In this document: piece after piece, positions 52,656 through 62,870 of the stretch
How the letters are laid out: each line of letters begins with the position of its first letter
Numbering within the stretch: position 1 is the stretch's first letter
Assembly: GCA_963785725.1 (NCBI GenBank)
Contig: CAWAWS010000015.1
Location: 224,001-288,000 of the forward strand
Reading direction: 5' to 3'
From: an uncultured delta proteobacterium
GTDB taxonomy: Bacteria > Myxococcota_A > Polyangia > Palsa-1104
Length of the DNA: 64,000 nt
Position numbers and translations under genes: made by a program
Notes under the pieces: generated by a model
The model's input: the letters and a program-made list of their open reading frames with translations, nothing else
Database searches by the model: none
Told to the model about the DNA's origin: nothing

Positions 52656-52811
52656 CTGGTACCTCGCCACAGTGATTTTGATGGGTCCCCGGCGAGGATT
52701 CGGCGTTCAGGGCGAGGCGCGACGACGACGGAATACTGTCTGTATTGCAACGAAGCCAAGGACGTCGAAGACCGGCGCGGACCGGTCGAGATCACTGTGG
52801 TGAGGTACTAG
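52656..52811. mobile_element. MITE/REP-like element, copy B (inverted relative to A)
   Basis: CTGGTACCTCGCCACAGTGAT ... ATCACTGTGGTGAGGTACTAG. Confidence 0.75.
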
Positions 52812-53500
52812 AACTGGATGTTCACGGCGACGTTGATGGCGCCGCCGAGCGGGTCGACGAGCGTGGCCGTGATCATGCCGTGCGCGTCGGGGTAGCCGAT
52901 GGAGCCGTCGCTGCCGGTGACGCCGGTGCCGAGCGACGCAATCTCGACCTGGAAGGCGCCGGTGCTCGCGCCCTGACCGAAGCCGGCGTTCCAGCCGACC
53001 GTGCTGCCGCTCGACGGCGCCGAGGCGCCGGCCACCGTCTGCGTCGAGTCGTTCTCGTCGTACGTGCCGACGGCGACGGTGCCAGGGTTGGTCATGAGGA
53101 AGCCGTTCCAGACGTCGGCGGTGGTCGGCACCGCGCCGCCGGAGCCGGCGATGACCCACGTCGTGGGCGTGGTCTGGGTCAGCGTGATCCCGCACGGCGT
53201 GAAGGTGCCGGTGAAGCCGCCGCCGAACGTCGTCACGCAGCTCGGGCTGGTGCCGCTGTCCGCGGTGCCGCAGTAAGCAGCGACGGCGGTGTAGCACGCC
53301 TGGCAGGTGGCGTCGTTCGCGTCGTTGTCGCACGAGCAGCTCTTGCCGGCGTAGCTGTAGCTGAGCAGGTGATCCGACGAGCAGAGCCGATAGCTATTGC
53401 CGGCCGTCGCGCACGCGAAGGTCTCGCAGGTCGGGGCGTCTTTGCCGCACCCGGCGACGACGAGGCTGGCGACGAGCCATAGCGCTGACTTTCCGTTCAT
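52808..53500 (-). CDS. Cys-rich lipoprotein, paralog A
   Basis: MNGKSALWLV...VAGC; similar to 53712-54455 (CSCD, CQAC, WNGF, WxAGFGQG, HG). Confidence 0.75.
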   Translation of the reverse strand: MNGKSALWLVASLVVAGCGKDAPTCETFACATAGNSYRLCSSDHLLSYSYAGKSCSCDNDANDATCQACYTAVAAYCGTADSGTSPSCVTTFGGGFTGTFTPCGITLTQTTPTTWVIAGSGGAVPTTADVWNGFLMTNPGTVAVGTYDENDSTQTVAGASAPSSGSTVGWNAGFGQGASTGAFQVEIASLGTGVTGSDGSIGYPDAHGMITATLVDPLGGAINVAVNIQF

Positions 53501-53593
53501 TCCGCGAGCTCCTTGTCCGTGGTCGGCAATTGTGGCCCGATTTTGCCGCGCCGTCTGCCGACAATCGCCGCCCAAAGCGCGACTGCGGTCAGC

Positions 53594-53692
53594 GTGACAG
53601 CTGAAGTGGCCGAGGAGGATGGAGCCGCCCGAGGTGACGCAGGCGAGGTGACCGAGCGAGGCGCCGCGGGTCGGTCCGGCGTGCTCGAACAC
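53594..53692 (-). pseudogene. Degenerate remnant of the yoaK 5' end
   Basis: MFEHAGPTR...SGGSILLGHFSCH versus YoaK MFQHEGPTR...SGGFILLGHFTSH; exact 20-nt match between 53602-53621 and 52509-52528. Confidence 0.8.
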
Positions 53693-53711
53693 GCCCGCGA
53701 CGACATCGCGG

Positions 53712-54455
53712 TCAGAACGAGACGGTCAGGAACACTTCGGCATTGGCGCCGGTCGAGTCGACGAGCGTCCCGGTCACGATGCCGTGCGGCTCGGCGTACA
53801 CGATGCCGACGCCGGTGACCGTCGTGCCGATGCCGAGCGAGTCGAGGCGGACGTTGAAGTCGCCCGTCGTCGTGCCCTGGCCGAAGCCGGCGCTCCAGTG
53901 CGCCGTGCCCGCGAACAGCGACGTCGTCGTCGACGTCGAGCTCGACTGGTCGTACTCGCCGCCGGCGGCGGTGCCCAGGTTCGTCATCGTAAAGCCGTTC
54001 CAGTCGTTCGACGTGCCCGGCAATTCGCCGCCTTGGCCGGAGATGGTCCACGTCGTCGCCGACGTCTGCGTCACCTGAACGTTGCACGCCGAGAACGTCC
54101 CATCCAAGCCGCCGACGAACGACGCGCTGCAGCTGACGTTGACCGAGCCGCCGCCGCCGGCCGTGCCGCCGCCGCCTGCGCCGCCGCCGCCCGATCCGCC
54201 GCCACCCGCCGTGCCGTCGAGCTGCGCGCAGTAGTCGGTGACGCTGCTGAGGCACGCCTGGCACTGCGCGCTCTGCACGTCCTTGTCGCACGAGCAGGTC
54301 TGCGGGCCGTAGTTGTAGGTGAGCGTGTTGCTCGAGGCGCAGATCTGATAGCTGGCGGTCGCCGTACACGGCACGCGCTCGCACTCGGTGGCCGCGCCGC
54401 CGCAGCCGGCGACGAGCGTGCTGACGACGATCCACAACGCTGACTTGGTGTTCAT
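53712..54455 (-). CDS. Cys-rich lipoprotein, paralog B
   Basis: MNTKSALWIV...VAGC; AAGGAG RBS; extra Gly-rich linker. Confidence 0.8.
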   Translation of the reverse strand: MNTKSALWIVVSTLVAGCGGAATECERVPCTATASYQICASSNTLTYNYGPQTCSCDKDVQSAQCQACLSSVTDYCAQLDGTAGGGGSGGGGAGGGGTAGGGGSVNVSCSASFVGGLDGTFSACNVQVTQTSATTWTISGQGGELPGTSNDWNGFTMTNLGTAAGGEYDQSSSTSTTTSLFAGTAHWSAGFGQGTTTGDFNVRLDSLGIGTTVTGVGIVYAEPHGIVTGTLVDSTGANAEVFLTVSF

Positions 54456-54586
54456 TTCCCGGTCTCCTTGGCGAACGTCATCCAGCGGCGAGAGGCGCTC
54501 TTCGCCGCTCTCGTGACGTTGACGAGCCGGGCCGGCGGTTGTCGCGCAGTTTTTCGTCCGCCGCTTACTTGGCGGCCGGCGCGCGC

Positions 54587-55426
54587 TTACAGCGACGGCA
54601 GCTGCAGCGTGGCCAGCTGCTCGTGCACGGCGTCACCGAGGATGTCGCGCTGCAGCCGCTCGGGGTGACCGAAGAACGCGCCGGCCAGCGCCCGGTCGAG
54701 CTGGCGCGTCGCCACCAGCGCCACCGCCTGCGCTTCGTCGGCGACGTTCTCGGCGTAGACGAGCCGGCGCTCCACGTCGGGCGGCTCGCCGAGCAGCTTG
54801 CCGAAGAACTGCATGGCCAAGCTGCGCGCGCGCGCCTGATGCACACCGGCGACGACGACCTCGAACGTCTGCCGCTCGTGCGCGTCGAGCCGCGCGATGA
54901 GGTCCTGCGTCGCGCGCGTCAAGGCCGCCAGCTGCAGCCGGGTGGCGTCGTGCGTCGCCTCCAGCAGCACCGGGCCGAGCGTGCGCGCGAACGACACGAG
55001 CTGCGCCGGATCGTGCGCGCCCTGCGCCAACAGCGGCTGCACGAACGCCTGACAGCGCGCCAAGATCGCCCGCAGCCGCGCCGTCACGTCGGGGTCGTCG
55101 CTGATGCGCTCCTCCGTCAGCGCCGTCGCCGAGCGCTGAAACGACTGCTGCACTCGCGCCAGCCCGTCACGCGTGGCGCGGTCGTCGATCGGCCCCGGCG
55201 CGTGCGCGTGCAAGAGCCCGAAGATCGCCAACGGCCCATGCGCCACCGCCTTGACGACGTGAAACAAGGGCGGCGTGACGACGATCTCCGCGCGCGCGCC
55301 GTCGCCGCGGCGCAGGATCATCGAATCGGCCAGGACGACGAGCAGCGGTTGGTCCGCGACCGCCGCCGTGCGCGCTTGGTCGTAGGCGTCGTGGAAGCGC
55401 TGGTTCACGTCGGCGAACGGATCCAC
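54587..55426 (-). CDS. Hypothetical protein
   Basis: 279-aa ORF with coding-like codon usage, downstream of the TetR gene. Confidence 0.7.
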   Translation of the reverse strand: MDPFADVNQRFHDAYDQARTAAVADQPLLVVLADSMILRRGDGARAEIVVTPPLFHVVKAVAHGPLAIFGLLHAHAPGPIDDRATRDGLARVQQSFQRSATALTEERISDDPDVTARLRAILARCQAFVQPLLAQGAHDPAQLVSFARTLGPVLLEATHDATRLQLAALTRATQDLIARLDAHERQTFEVVVAGVHQARARSLAMQFFGKLLGEPPDVERRLVYAENVADEAQAVALVATRQLDRALAGAFFGHPERLQRDILGDAVHEQLATLQLPSL

Positions 55427-55471
55427 GCCGCGGTTCTAGGCACGCCGCTCGTCGCGAACAGTCAAGCGGGA

Positions 55472-56074
55472 CTAGGGATTCGGGCGGAGGTCGCGGCGGA
55501 CGGCGAAGCTGCCGAGCGCACGGCACGCCTTCAAGAGCTCGTCGGACAGCTCGCTGCCCTTGAGCGCGCGGGCGAGGCTGAGGCCGCCGTACATGAGCGC
55601 GACGAGGCCGAGCGCCAGCTGCCGCCGCGGCACGACGTGGGTCGTCGCCGGCAGCTGCGCCTCCATGCCGCCGGCGAGCGCGGCGATGAGCTCGCCGAGC
55701 ACGGCGTGATGCTCGGGCGCGGTGGTCCCGACTTCGCCGACCACGGCCGGCAGCGGGCAGCCGCCCTCGGTCTGATCGCGTTGCGCCGCCGACAAGTAGC
55801 GCTTGAGCACGACGATGGCCCGATCCGCTTCCGGCTTCTCGTCGAGCCGCGCGAACAGGCTGGCGCGCAATTCGGCGCCGGTGCGCCGCATGGCTTCGTC
55901 GATGAGCTCGGCCTTGGAGGCGAAGTGCGCGTAGAAGCCGCCGACGGTGAGGCCGGCGCCCTTCATGACGTCGGCGACGCGGGCGCCCGAGATGCCCTTG
56001 TCGCGCAAGAGCTGCGCCGCCGAGGACAAGATCGTCTCGTGCGAGCGCTCTTTCTGCTCCACTTTGGCGTTCAT
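55472..56074 (-). CDS. TetR/AcrR-family regulator
   Basis: VADVMKGAGLTVGGFYAHFASK; GCP motif. Confidence 0.93.
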   Translation of the reverse strand: MNAKVEQKERSHETILSSAAQLLRDKGISGARVADVMKGAGLTVGGFYAHFASKAELIDEAMRRTGAELRASLFARLDEKPEADRAIVVLKRYLSAAQRDQTEGGCPLPAVVGEVGTTAPEHHAVLGELIAALAGGMEAQLPATTHVVPRRQLALGLVALMYGGLSLARALKGSELSDELLKACRALGSFAVRRDLRPNP

Positions 56075-56170
56075 CGTATGAATATAATATGACTGCAATC
56101 CTGCGATAGTAAAGGCCCGACCGTGCGTTGACAGCAGCCGTACGCCGCCTTAATGCTCGACTGAGGATTC

Positions 56171-57091
56171 GTGCCGCCGGTCGACTACGAGCTGTTGCAG
56201 ACGTTGGTGGAGGTCGGTCACGCGGCGACGTTCGCGCGCGCGGCGGCGCAGCTGCGCATCACGACGTCGGCGGTGAGTCAGCGCGTCAAGCAGCTCGAGC
56301 AGCAGCTCGGCATGCCGCTGTTCGAGCGCGTCGGGCGGCAAAATCGCATGACCGACGCCGCGCAGACGCTGTGTCGGACGCTCGAGCGCTGCTTTGCCCC
56401 GATCGACGCCACCATCAGCCGGCTGCGCGACGAGCACGTCGAGCTGCGCGGCGTCGTCCGCATCGGCGGGCCGGCGCCGTTTTCACGGCTGTGGATGCGC
56501 CCGCGGCTGGCCGAGCTCAAGCGCCGTCATCCCGACATCCTGCCCGAAGTGGAGCTCGACATGGCCTGGGTGCTGAGCCCGAAGCTCGTCGCCGGCGAGA
56601 TCGATCTCTGCATCATCGTCGGTCCGGTCGAGCAGAACTTGGGGCTCGAATCGCGGCTCATTTACACGGAAGAGTTCGTGGCGGTGGCGGCGCCGGCGTA
56701 CCTGAAGGCGCACGGCACGCCGCGCTCGCTCGACGAATTCCGTGCCCATCCCTTCATCGTCTACGACGAGAACATCATCATGCTGGCGCCGTGGTGGCGC
56801 ACGAAGTTCGGACGGCGCGCGCCGTTTCCCGAGACGCACGCGGCCCGCGTCGGCAACCTGGACGAGATGTTGGCCATGGCCGAAGCGGGCGTCGGCTTGA
56901 CGGTGCTGCCGAGCTTCTTCGTCGTGCAGTCGCTGGCCGCGGGCGCGACGGTGGTCCTCGAGCCGCGCGCGGGCAAGACGACGCCGCGCCGCTCGCTCTA
57001 TCCGATCCACCTGGCGTGGCGGCGCTCGGCCGTCGACAGCGCGCGCGTCCGGGTCGTGCGCGAGCTCCTGCTCGATCCCGACATCGTGTGA
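56171..57091 (+). CDS. LysR-family regulator
   Basis: TFARAAAQLRITTSAVSQRVKQLEQQLG.LFER; TTGACA at 56128 upstream. Confidence 0.93.
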   Translation: MPPVDYELLQTLVEVGHAATFARAAAQLRITTSAVSQRVKQLEQQLGMPLFERVGRQNRMTDAAQTLCRTLERCFAPIDATISRLRDEHVELRGVVRIGGPAPFSRLWMRPRLAELKRRHPDILPEVELDMAWVLSPKLVAGEIDLCIIVGPVEQNLGLESRLIYTEEFVAVAAPAYLKAHGTPRSLDEFRAHPFIVYDENIIMLAPWWRTKFGRRAPFPETHAARVGNLDEMLAMAEAGVGLTVLPSFFVVQSLAAGATVVLEPRAGKTTPRRSLYPIHLAWRRSAVDSARVRVVRELLLDPDIV

Positions 57092-57204
57092 CGCACTGTT
57101 TAGCCGCGCTCGACTCATCGTACAGATAATTTAGATGGGCTGATTGGTGGACGGTCGTTACGGTGATGGCGCTCGGCCCCGCAACTCGACCGAAGGAGTC
57201 AGGT

Positions 57205-57999
57205 ATGGACCTCGGATTGACCGATCGATGGGTGCTCGTCACCGGCTCCAGCGCCGGCATCGGCTACGCCGCCGCCGCCGAGTTCGCGCGCGAAGGCGCC
57301 CGCGTCATCTTGAACGGCCGCGACGAAGGACGGCTCGCCGCCGCCGCCGCCAAGCTGACGTCGGCCCACGGCGCCGGCCGCATCTTCAGCGTCGCCGCCG
57401 ATCTGGCGACCGCCGCCGGCTGCGCCAAGGTCATCGCCGCCCATCCCGACGTCGACGTCCTCGTCAACAACGCCGGCATCTTCGCGCCGCAAGCGTTCGA
57501 GGACATCAGCGACGACGATTGGCGCCGCTTCTTCGAGACCAACGTCTTGAGCGGCGTGCGTCTGTCGCGCCATTACTTCCCGCGCATGTTGGCCAAGAAC
57601 GACGGCCGCATCATCTTCGTCTCCAGCGAATCGGCGGTGCAGATCCCCGTCGAAATGATCCACTACGGCACGACCAAGACGGCGCAGCTCGCCATCGCCC
57701 GCGGCCTCGCCGAGCGCACGCGCGGCACCGGCGTCACCGTCAACAGCGTGCTGCCCGGCCCGACCGGCTCCGAAGGCGTGGCCACGTTCGTCGCCGACCT
57801 GGCCAAGCACCGCGGCGTCAGCTTCGCCGACATGGAGCGCGAGTTCTTCGCCACCGCGCGGCCGAGCTCGCTGCTGCAGCGCTTCGCGACGCCCGCCGAG
57901 GTCGCGAATTTGATCGTCTACCTCGGCAGCCGGGCCGCCAGCGCCACGAACGGCGCCGCGTTGCGCGTCGACGGCGGCGTCGTCCGCAGCATCGTCTGA
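57205..57999 (+). CDS. Short-chain dehydrogenase/reductase
   Basis: TGSSAGIG, NNAG, YGTTK, VDGG. Confidence 0.93.
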   Translation: MDLGLTDRWVLVTGSSAGIGYAAAAEFAREGARVILNGRDEGRLAAAAAKLTSAHGAGRIFSVAADLATAAGCAKVIAAHPDVDVLVNNAGIFAPQAFEDISDDDWRRFFETNVLSGVRLSRHYFPRMLAKNDGRIIFVSSESAVQIPVEMIHYGTTKTAQLAIARGLAERTRGTGVTVNSVLPGPTGSEGVATFVADLAKHRGVSFADMEREFFATARPSSLLQRFATPAEVANLIVYLGSRAASATNGAALRVDGGVVRSIV

Positions 58000-58155
58000 C
58001 TAGAACGTGAAGCCGCGGCCGAGGACGCCGACGAACGCGGCGAACGTGACGAGGCCCGAGTAGGCCCAATAGCCGCAGCCGGTGATGAAATGTCGGCGGG
58101 GATCGGCGGCGTAAGCGGCGAAGTCGCGCTCGCCGGCGCCGCTCACGTCGGTCAC
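58000..58155 (-). CDS. Small 51-aa membrane protein (not in the ORF track)
   Basis: GTG...TAG: MTDVSGAGERDFAAYAADPRRHFITGCGYWAYSGLVTFAAFVGVLGRGFTF; starts 7 nt after the peptidase stop. Confidence 0.45.
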   Translation of the reverse strand: MTDVSGAGERDFAAYAADPRRHFITGCGYWAYSGLVTFAAFVGVLGRGFTF

Positions 58156-58162
58156 GAGGCGG

Positions 58163-59167
58163 CTATTCGAGCCCCATCTCCGCCAGATCTTCCTCGTCGA
58201 GCCCGAAGAAGTGGCCGGTCTCGTGCAGGATGGTCGTGCGAATCTCGGCTTCCACCTCCGCCGTCGAACGCGCCACCCGCTCGATGTTGCGCTGATACAA
58301 GAACACGGCCTCCAAGTGCGGCGGACCCGACGTCGACGACTGCTCCGGGAACGGCACGCCCGCGAACAGCCCGAGGCCGCGCGGGTCGAAGCCGTCGGCG
58401 ACCACGTCCTCCGACGGATAATCCTCGACGACCACGGGCACGTTCTCGAGCAGCTTCTGCGCGCGTTCGGGCAGCTCGTTCAACGCCGCTTCGACGATCT
58501 CCTCCAGCCGCTCGGCGGTCACCGCCCACGGCGCCGGCGGCGCCTTGACGTCGATGGCGCGCACGCGCTGAAAATGCGTGACCATCGCCTCGGCTTCGCC
58601 GCGCGCTTCGGCCACGAGCCCGAGGCCATACTCGGGATCGGCCGAATCCGGCTCCTTCTTGGCCGCGGCCTCGAAGTGCGTCTGCGCCCGGTCCACATCG
58701 CCGAGCTCGAGGAAGGCCTCGGCCGCGCGCAGCTCGAGCGCGATCGTCGGCAGCTCGGTCGGCGGCAGCTGCTTCAGGGTCTCCTCGGCGGCGTCGGCAT
58801 CGTCGTCGCCCATCTCGATCTCGGACTTCAGAAGCAGCGCATCGACGTAATCCTCTTCCTCTTCGGCCACATCGAGCGCGCGTTCGATGAGCTTGCGCGC
58901 CTCTTTGCCGTCGCCATCGAGCGCCAACGTCTCGGCCGCGAGCAGGATCGGGTCGAGATAGTCCTCGTCCAGCTCCATGGCGCGCTCGAACGCCTCCATC
59001 GCGCCGTCGATGTCACCTTCGGCGTTGGCGACCGCGCCGACGAGCGTATGCGCCTCGGGCGACTCCGGCTCGGCCGTGACGGCGCGGTCGGCCAGACGCC
59101 GCGCTTCGTCGATGTGTCCTTCGTCGAGCTTGTGCCAGCCGGTTTCGATTAGATCTTCATCGCCCAT
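58163..59167 (-). CDS. TPR-repeat protein with zincin-like metallopeptidase domain
   Basis: Acidic TPR helices; LGLFAG, LYQRNI, HETGHFFG (HExxH). Confidence 0.85.
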   Translation of the reverse strand: MGDEDLIETGWHKLDEGHIDEARRLADRAVTAEPESPEAHTLVGAVANAEGDIDGAMEAFERAMELDEDYLDPILLAAETLALDGDGKEARKLIERALDVAEEEEDYVDALLLKSEIEMGDDDADAAEETLKQLPPTELPTIALELRAAEAFLELGDVDRAQTHFEAAAKKEPDSADPEYGLGLVAEARGEAEAMVTHFQRVRAIDVKAPPAPWAVTAERLEEIVEAALNELPERAQKLLENVPVVVEDYPSEDVVADGFDPRGLGLFAGVPFPEQSSTSGPPHLEAVFLYQRNIERVARSTAEVEAEIRTTILHETGHFFGLDEEDLAEMGLE

Positions 59168-59234
59168 TTTGCCCCTCGGGAAAGCGTTTGCTAAGGTCGC
59201 TCGTACAATGCCCATGACAGGCGCATCGCGCAAT

Positions 59235-61085
59235 ATGTGGCGTCGCGGTGCGACCGGCATCAGCGTCGTGATGATCTTGGCCGGCTGCCCCAAGCGGTTC
59301 GACCCGCGCGCCGAGACCGTCCGCAGCTCGCCCGACGCTGAAGCCGATCGCGATTATCGTGACGCCAAGGCGCGCCTCGACATCGGCGACGCCAAGGAGG
59401 CGCAAGCGCGCTTCGAAGAGTTCCTGCAAAAGCATCCGACCGATCCCTTGGCGCCGTCGGCCAAGATCGGCGAGGCGCGGGCCGAGCTCATGCTCAACGA
59501 GCCGGGCAAGGCCAAAGGTGTGCTCGAGCCGATGGCGAATCCGGCCGCGTCGAACGACGACCCGACGGCGGCCCGCGCGCGCTATCTGCTCGGCATGGCG
59601 CTGCATAAAACGGGCGATTGGCAGCGCTCGCGCGAGCTGTTGCGGCCGTTCGTGCCGGCGATCGCGTCCGGCGACGACGCCGTCGAGCTGCACGCCGTCC
59701 TCGGCGACGACGCCGCCCACCTCAATGATTCCGAGGACGCGCTGCGCGAATACAGCCTCTTTTTCGAGGGCGCGCGTCCGACCGAGAAGCTGTATCTGCG
59801 CGATCGCGTGTCCGAGCGCGTCGCCGGATTGCCGGCAGCCGAGGCGCTGCGGCTGTGGAACGTGCTGCCGCATGATTCGTTGGCCGCGGCCTATCTCGGC
59901 AAGCGCGTGGCCGCCGACCGTCGCGCCGGCGGGGACGAGCGGCTGGCGGCGTCGATCATGGACGATTCGCGCGGCGCTCGTGAGCACGCCGGCATCGAAG
60001 AGCCGAAGGCGCCGGTGGCGCGCGCGTCGTCGTCGGGCGGCGGCCGCGTCATCGCGCTCATTTTGCCGCTCTCGGGCCGGCAGCGGGCGCTGGGCGAGCG
60101 GGCTTTGCGCGGCGCGCTGTTGGCCGCCGATCTGCTGATTCCGTCGAATGTGCCGATGGGCCTGCCCATCGAGCTCAAAGTGCGCGACTCCGGATCCGAT
60201 CCGGCGCGCGCCGCCACCGCCGTCGACGAGCTGGCGCAAGAGGGCGTGGCCGCCATCGTCGGCTCGCCCGATCGCGTCGAGGCGCAGATGGCGGTGCCAC
60301 GCGCCGAGCAGCTGGGCGTGCCGTTCTTGGAGCTGGCGCCCGATGACGCGCGCCGCGGCGATTCGACGTTCAAGCTCGTGCGCCAGTCGGATGCGCGGGC
60401 GCGGGCGTTGGCGCGGCTGGCGGTGAAGCAGGGCGCGCGCTCGGTGGCGGTGTTGGCGCCGGATTCGGCATACGGCCGCAACATGGCGGCGGCGTTCGTC
60501 GACGAGGCGCGCAAGCTCGGCGCGCGCATCGCCGGCGACGTGCGCTATCCCGAGGCGTCGACGACGTTCATCGACCCGGTCAAGCGCGTGCAGCAGGGAT
60601 CGCCGGAGGCGCTGTTCGTGCCCGCGCCGGCGGCCCAGCTGCAGCTCATCGCGCCGCAGCTGGCGGCGTCGGGCGTGACGCGGCTGCCGGGCGTCAAGCC
60701 CGTCGGCAAGCTGGCGCAGCTGTACGCGACCGCCGACGGCCTCAACGACAAGCTCATCCAGTCGACGGCCAAATACATGGAAGGCGCGCTCTTGGCGCCC
60801 GTGTTTTACGCCGACGGCACCGATCCGCGCGCCGCGGCGTTCGTCGAGCGTTATCGCGCCGCCTTCAACGAAGAGCCGTCGAGCTTGGACGCGCTCGCCT
60901 ACGACGCCGTGCGCGCGGCGCGCATTGCCATGGATCACGCCGACGGCGGGGCGCTCGGCGTGTCGCTGTCGCACCTGGGCGAGAGCGGCCTGACCGGCGA
61001 GATCGCCTTCGCGGCCGGCGGTGACCGCGCCGGCGCGCCGCCGCTGTACATCGTCGAAAACGGCGCCGTCCGTCTGTTCAAGTAG
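59235..61085 (+). CDS. LpoA/LppC-like lipoprotein (TPR + periplasmic-binding fold)
   Basis: Lipobox LAGC, TPR-like N-half, IALILPLSG, ALAYDA, GLTG. Confidence 0.75.
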   Translation: MWRRGATGISVVMILAGCPKRFDPRAETVRSSPDAEADRDYRDAKARLDIGDAKEAQARFEEFLQKHPTDPLAPSAKIGEARAELMLNEPGKAKGVLEPMANPAASNDDPTAARARYLLGMALHKTGDWQRSRELLRPFVPAIASGDDAVELHAVLGDDAAHLNDSEDALREYSLFFEGARPTEKLYLRDRVSERVAGLPAAEALRLWNVLPHDSLAAAYLGKRVAADRRAGGDERLAASIMDDSRGAREHAGIEEPKAPVARASSSGGGRVIALILPLSGRQRALGERALRGALLAADLLIPSNVPMGLPIELKVRDSGSDPARAATAVDELAQEGVAAIVGSPDRVEAQMAVPRAEQLGVPFLELAPDDARRGDSTFKLVRQSDARARALARLAVKQGARSVAVLAPDSAYGRNMAAAFVDEARKLGARIAGDVRYPEASTTFIDPVKRVQQGSPEALFVPAPAAQLQLIAPQLAASGVTRLPGVKPVGKLAQLYATADGLNDKLIQSTAKYMEGALLAPVFYADGTDPRAAAFVERYRAAFNEEPSSLDALAYDAVRAARIAMDHADGGALGVSLSHLGESGLTGEIAFAAGGDRAGAPPLYIVENGAVRLFK

Positions 61086-61145
61086 TTCCTGTCGGCCTCG
61101 GTTTCGGGCTCGCCGCTTTAGCCGTCATCAGATATATAGACGGCC

Positions 61146-62870
61146 ATGCGTTACTCCCGGCTGTTGATTCCGACGCTGAAAGAGGCGCCCGCCGAGGCGC
61201 AGGTCATCTCGCATATCCTGCTCGTGCGCGGCGGGTTCATCCGCAAAGTGGCCGCGGGCATCTACTCGCTCCTGCCGCTCGGACTGCGCGTCGTGCACAA
61301 GATCGAGCGCATCATTCGCGAGGAGCTCAATCGCGCCGGCGCCGAAGAGGTGCTGTTGCCGATGGTGCATCCGGCCGAGCTGTGGCAGGAGTCGGGTCGC
61401 TGGCAGAAGTACGGCCCCGAGCTGTTGCGCTTGAAGGATCGCAAGCAGGCCGACTTCGCCATGTCACCGACGGCGGAAGAGGCGATGTGCGATCTCGTGC
61501 GCCGCGACGTCAAGTCGTATCGCCAGCTGCCGCTGAACCTGTACCAAATTCAGGACAAATTTCGCGACGAGATGCGTCCGCGCGCCGGCCTCATGCGCGG
61601 TCGTGAGTTCATCATGAAGGACGCCTACTCCTTCCACGCCACCGTCGAGGACGCGCACCGCGAGTACAAGAACATGTACGACGCCTACGTGCGCATCTTC
61701 AAGCGCTGCGGCCTCGAGTTCCGCGCCGTCGAAGCCGACACCGGCGCCATCGGCGGCTCGCTCTCGCACGAGTTCCAGGTGCTCGCCGACTCGGGCGAGG
61801 ACGCCATCGTCAGCTGCGACAACTGCGATTACGCCGCCAACGTCGAGAAGGCCGAGCTCAAGCGCGACGCCTCCGAGCCGGCGGCGCCCAAGGGCACGCT
61901 CGAGGAAGTGCACACGCCCGGCGCCGGCAGCATCGAAGAGGTCGGCAAGATGATGAAGACCAAGACCAATGTCTTCATCAAGACGCTCATTTACGTCGCC
62001 GACGGCAAGCCGCTCATCGCGCTCGTGCGCGGCGACCGCGACGTCAACGAGATCAAGCTCAAGTCGCTGCTCGGCGCGCAGACGCTGGAGCTGGCGTCGG
62101 ACAACGTCGTGCGCGAAGTGACCGGCGCCAACGTCGGCTTCGCCGGCCCGCACGGTCGTTCGGTGGCCGTCTACGCCGACTTGGAAGTGCCGACGATGGC
62201 CTGGGCCGTCACCGGCGCCAACAAGACCGACTATCACGTCAAAGGGTTCAACCTCGGGCGCGACGTGCCCAACGCCTATGTCGTCGACCTGCGCACCGCC
62301 GCCGCCGGCGACAAGTGCGCGCGCTGCGAGACCGGCCACTATCGCGGTCACCGCGGCATCGAGGTCGGCCAGGTCTTCTTCTTGGGCACGCGCTACTCGG
62401 AGCCGATGAAGGTCACCATCCTCGACGCCGAGGGCAAAGAGGTGCCGATGGTCATGGGCTGCTACGGCATCGGCGTCACGCGCGTCGCGGCGGCGGCGGT
62501 CGAGCAGAACCACGACGACGACGGCATCAAGTGGCCGATGGCGCTGGCGCCGTTCCACGTCTCGATCGTGACCGCGGGCAAGGAGCCGGAGCTGGCGACG
62601 GCGGCCGAGAAGCTCGAGGCCGAGCTGACCGCGCGCGGCATCGAGGTGCTGTACGACGACCGCGACGAGCGGCCGGGCTCGAAGTTCAAGGACGCCGATC
62701 TGGCCGGCATTCCGCTGCGCGTCACCGTCGGCAAGCGCGGCTTGGCCGACGGCAAATTGGAGCTCAAGGCGCGCGGCGACAAAGAGGCGACCTTCGTCGG
62801 CCAAGACGTCATCGCCGATGAGCTGGCCAAGCGCGTGCACGAAGCCTTGTCCGCGCCGGTGAAGTCGTGA
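61146..62870 (+). CDS. proS: Proline--tRNA ligase
   Basis: LWQESGRW, KFRDEMRPRAGLMRGREF, insertion (editing) domain, MGCYGIG, KFKDADLAG. Confidence 0.97.
   Translation: MRYSRLLIPTLKEAPAEAQVISHILLVRGGFIRKVAAGIYSLLPLGLRVVHKIERIIREELNRAGAEEVLLPMVHPAELWQESGRWQKYGPELLRLKDRKQADFAMSPTAEEAMCDLVRRDVKSYRQLPLNLYQIQDKFRDEMRPRAGLMRGREFIMKDAYSFHATVEDAHREYKNMYDAYVRIFKRCGLEFRAVEADTGAIGGSLSHEFQVLADSGEDAIVSCDNCDYAANVEKAELKRDASEPAAPKGTLEEVHTPGAGSIEEVGKMMKTKTNVFIKTLIYVADGKPLIALVRGDRDVNEIKLKSLLGAQTLELASDNVVREVTGANVGFAGPHGRSVAVYADLEVPTMAWAVTGANKTDYHVKGFNLGRDVPNAYVVDLRTAAAGDKCARCETGHYRGHRGIEVGQVFFLGTRYSEPMKVTILDAEGKEVPMVMGCYGIGVTRVAAAAVEQNHDDDGIKWPMALAPFHVSIVTAGKEPELATAAEKLEAELTARGIEVLYDDRDERPGSKFKDADLAGIPLRVTVGKRGLADGKLELKARGDKEATFVGQDVIADELAKRVHEALSAPVKS

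Noticed and set aside
52808..53692. 294-aa extended ORF for lipoprotein A
   Set aside because: The extension runs through the yoaK remnant; the true start with RBS and lipobox is at 53500.
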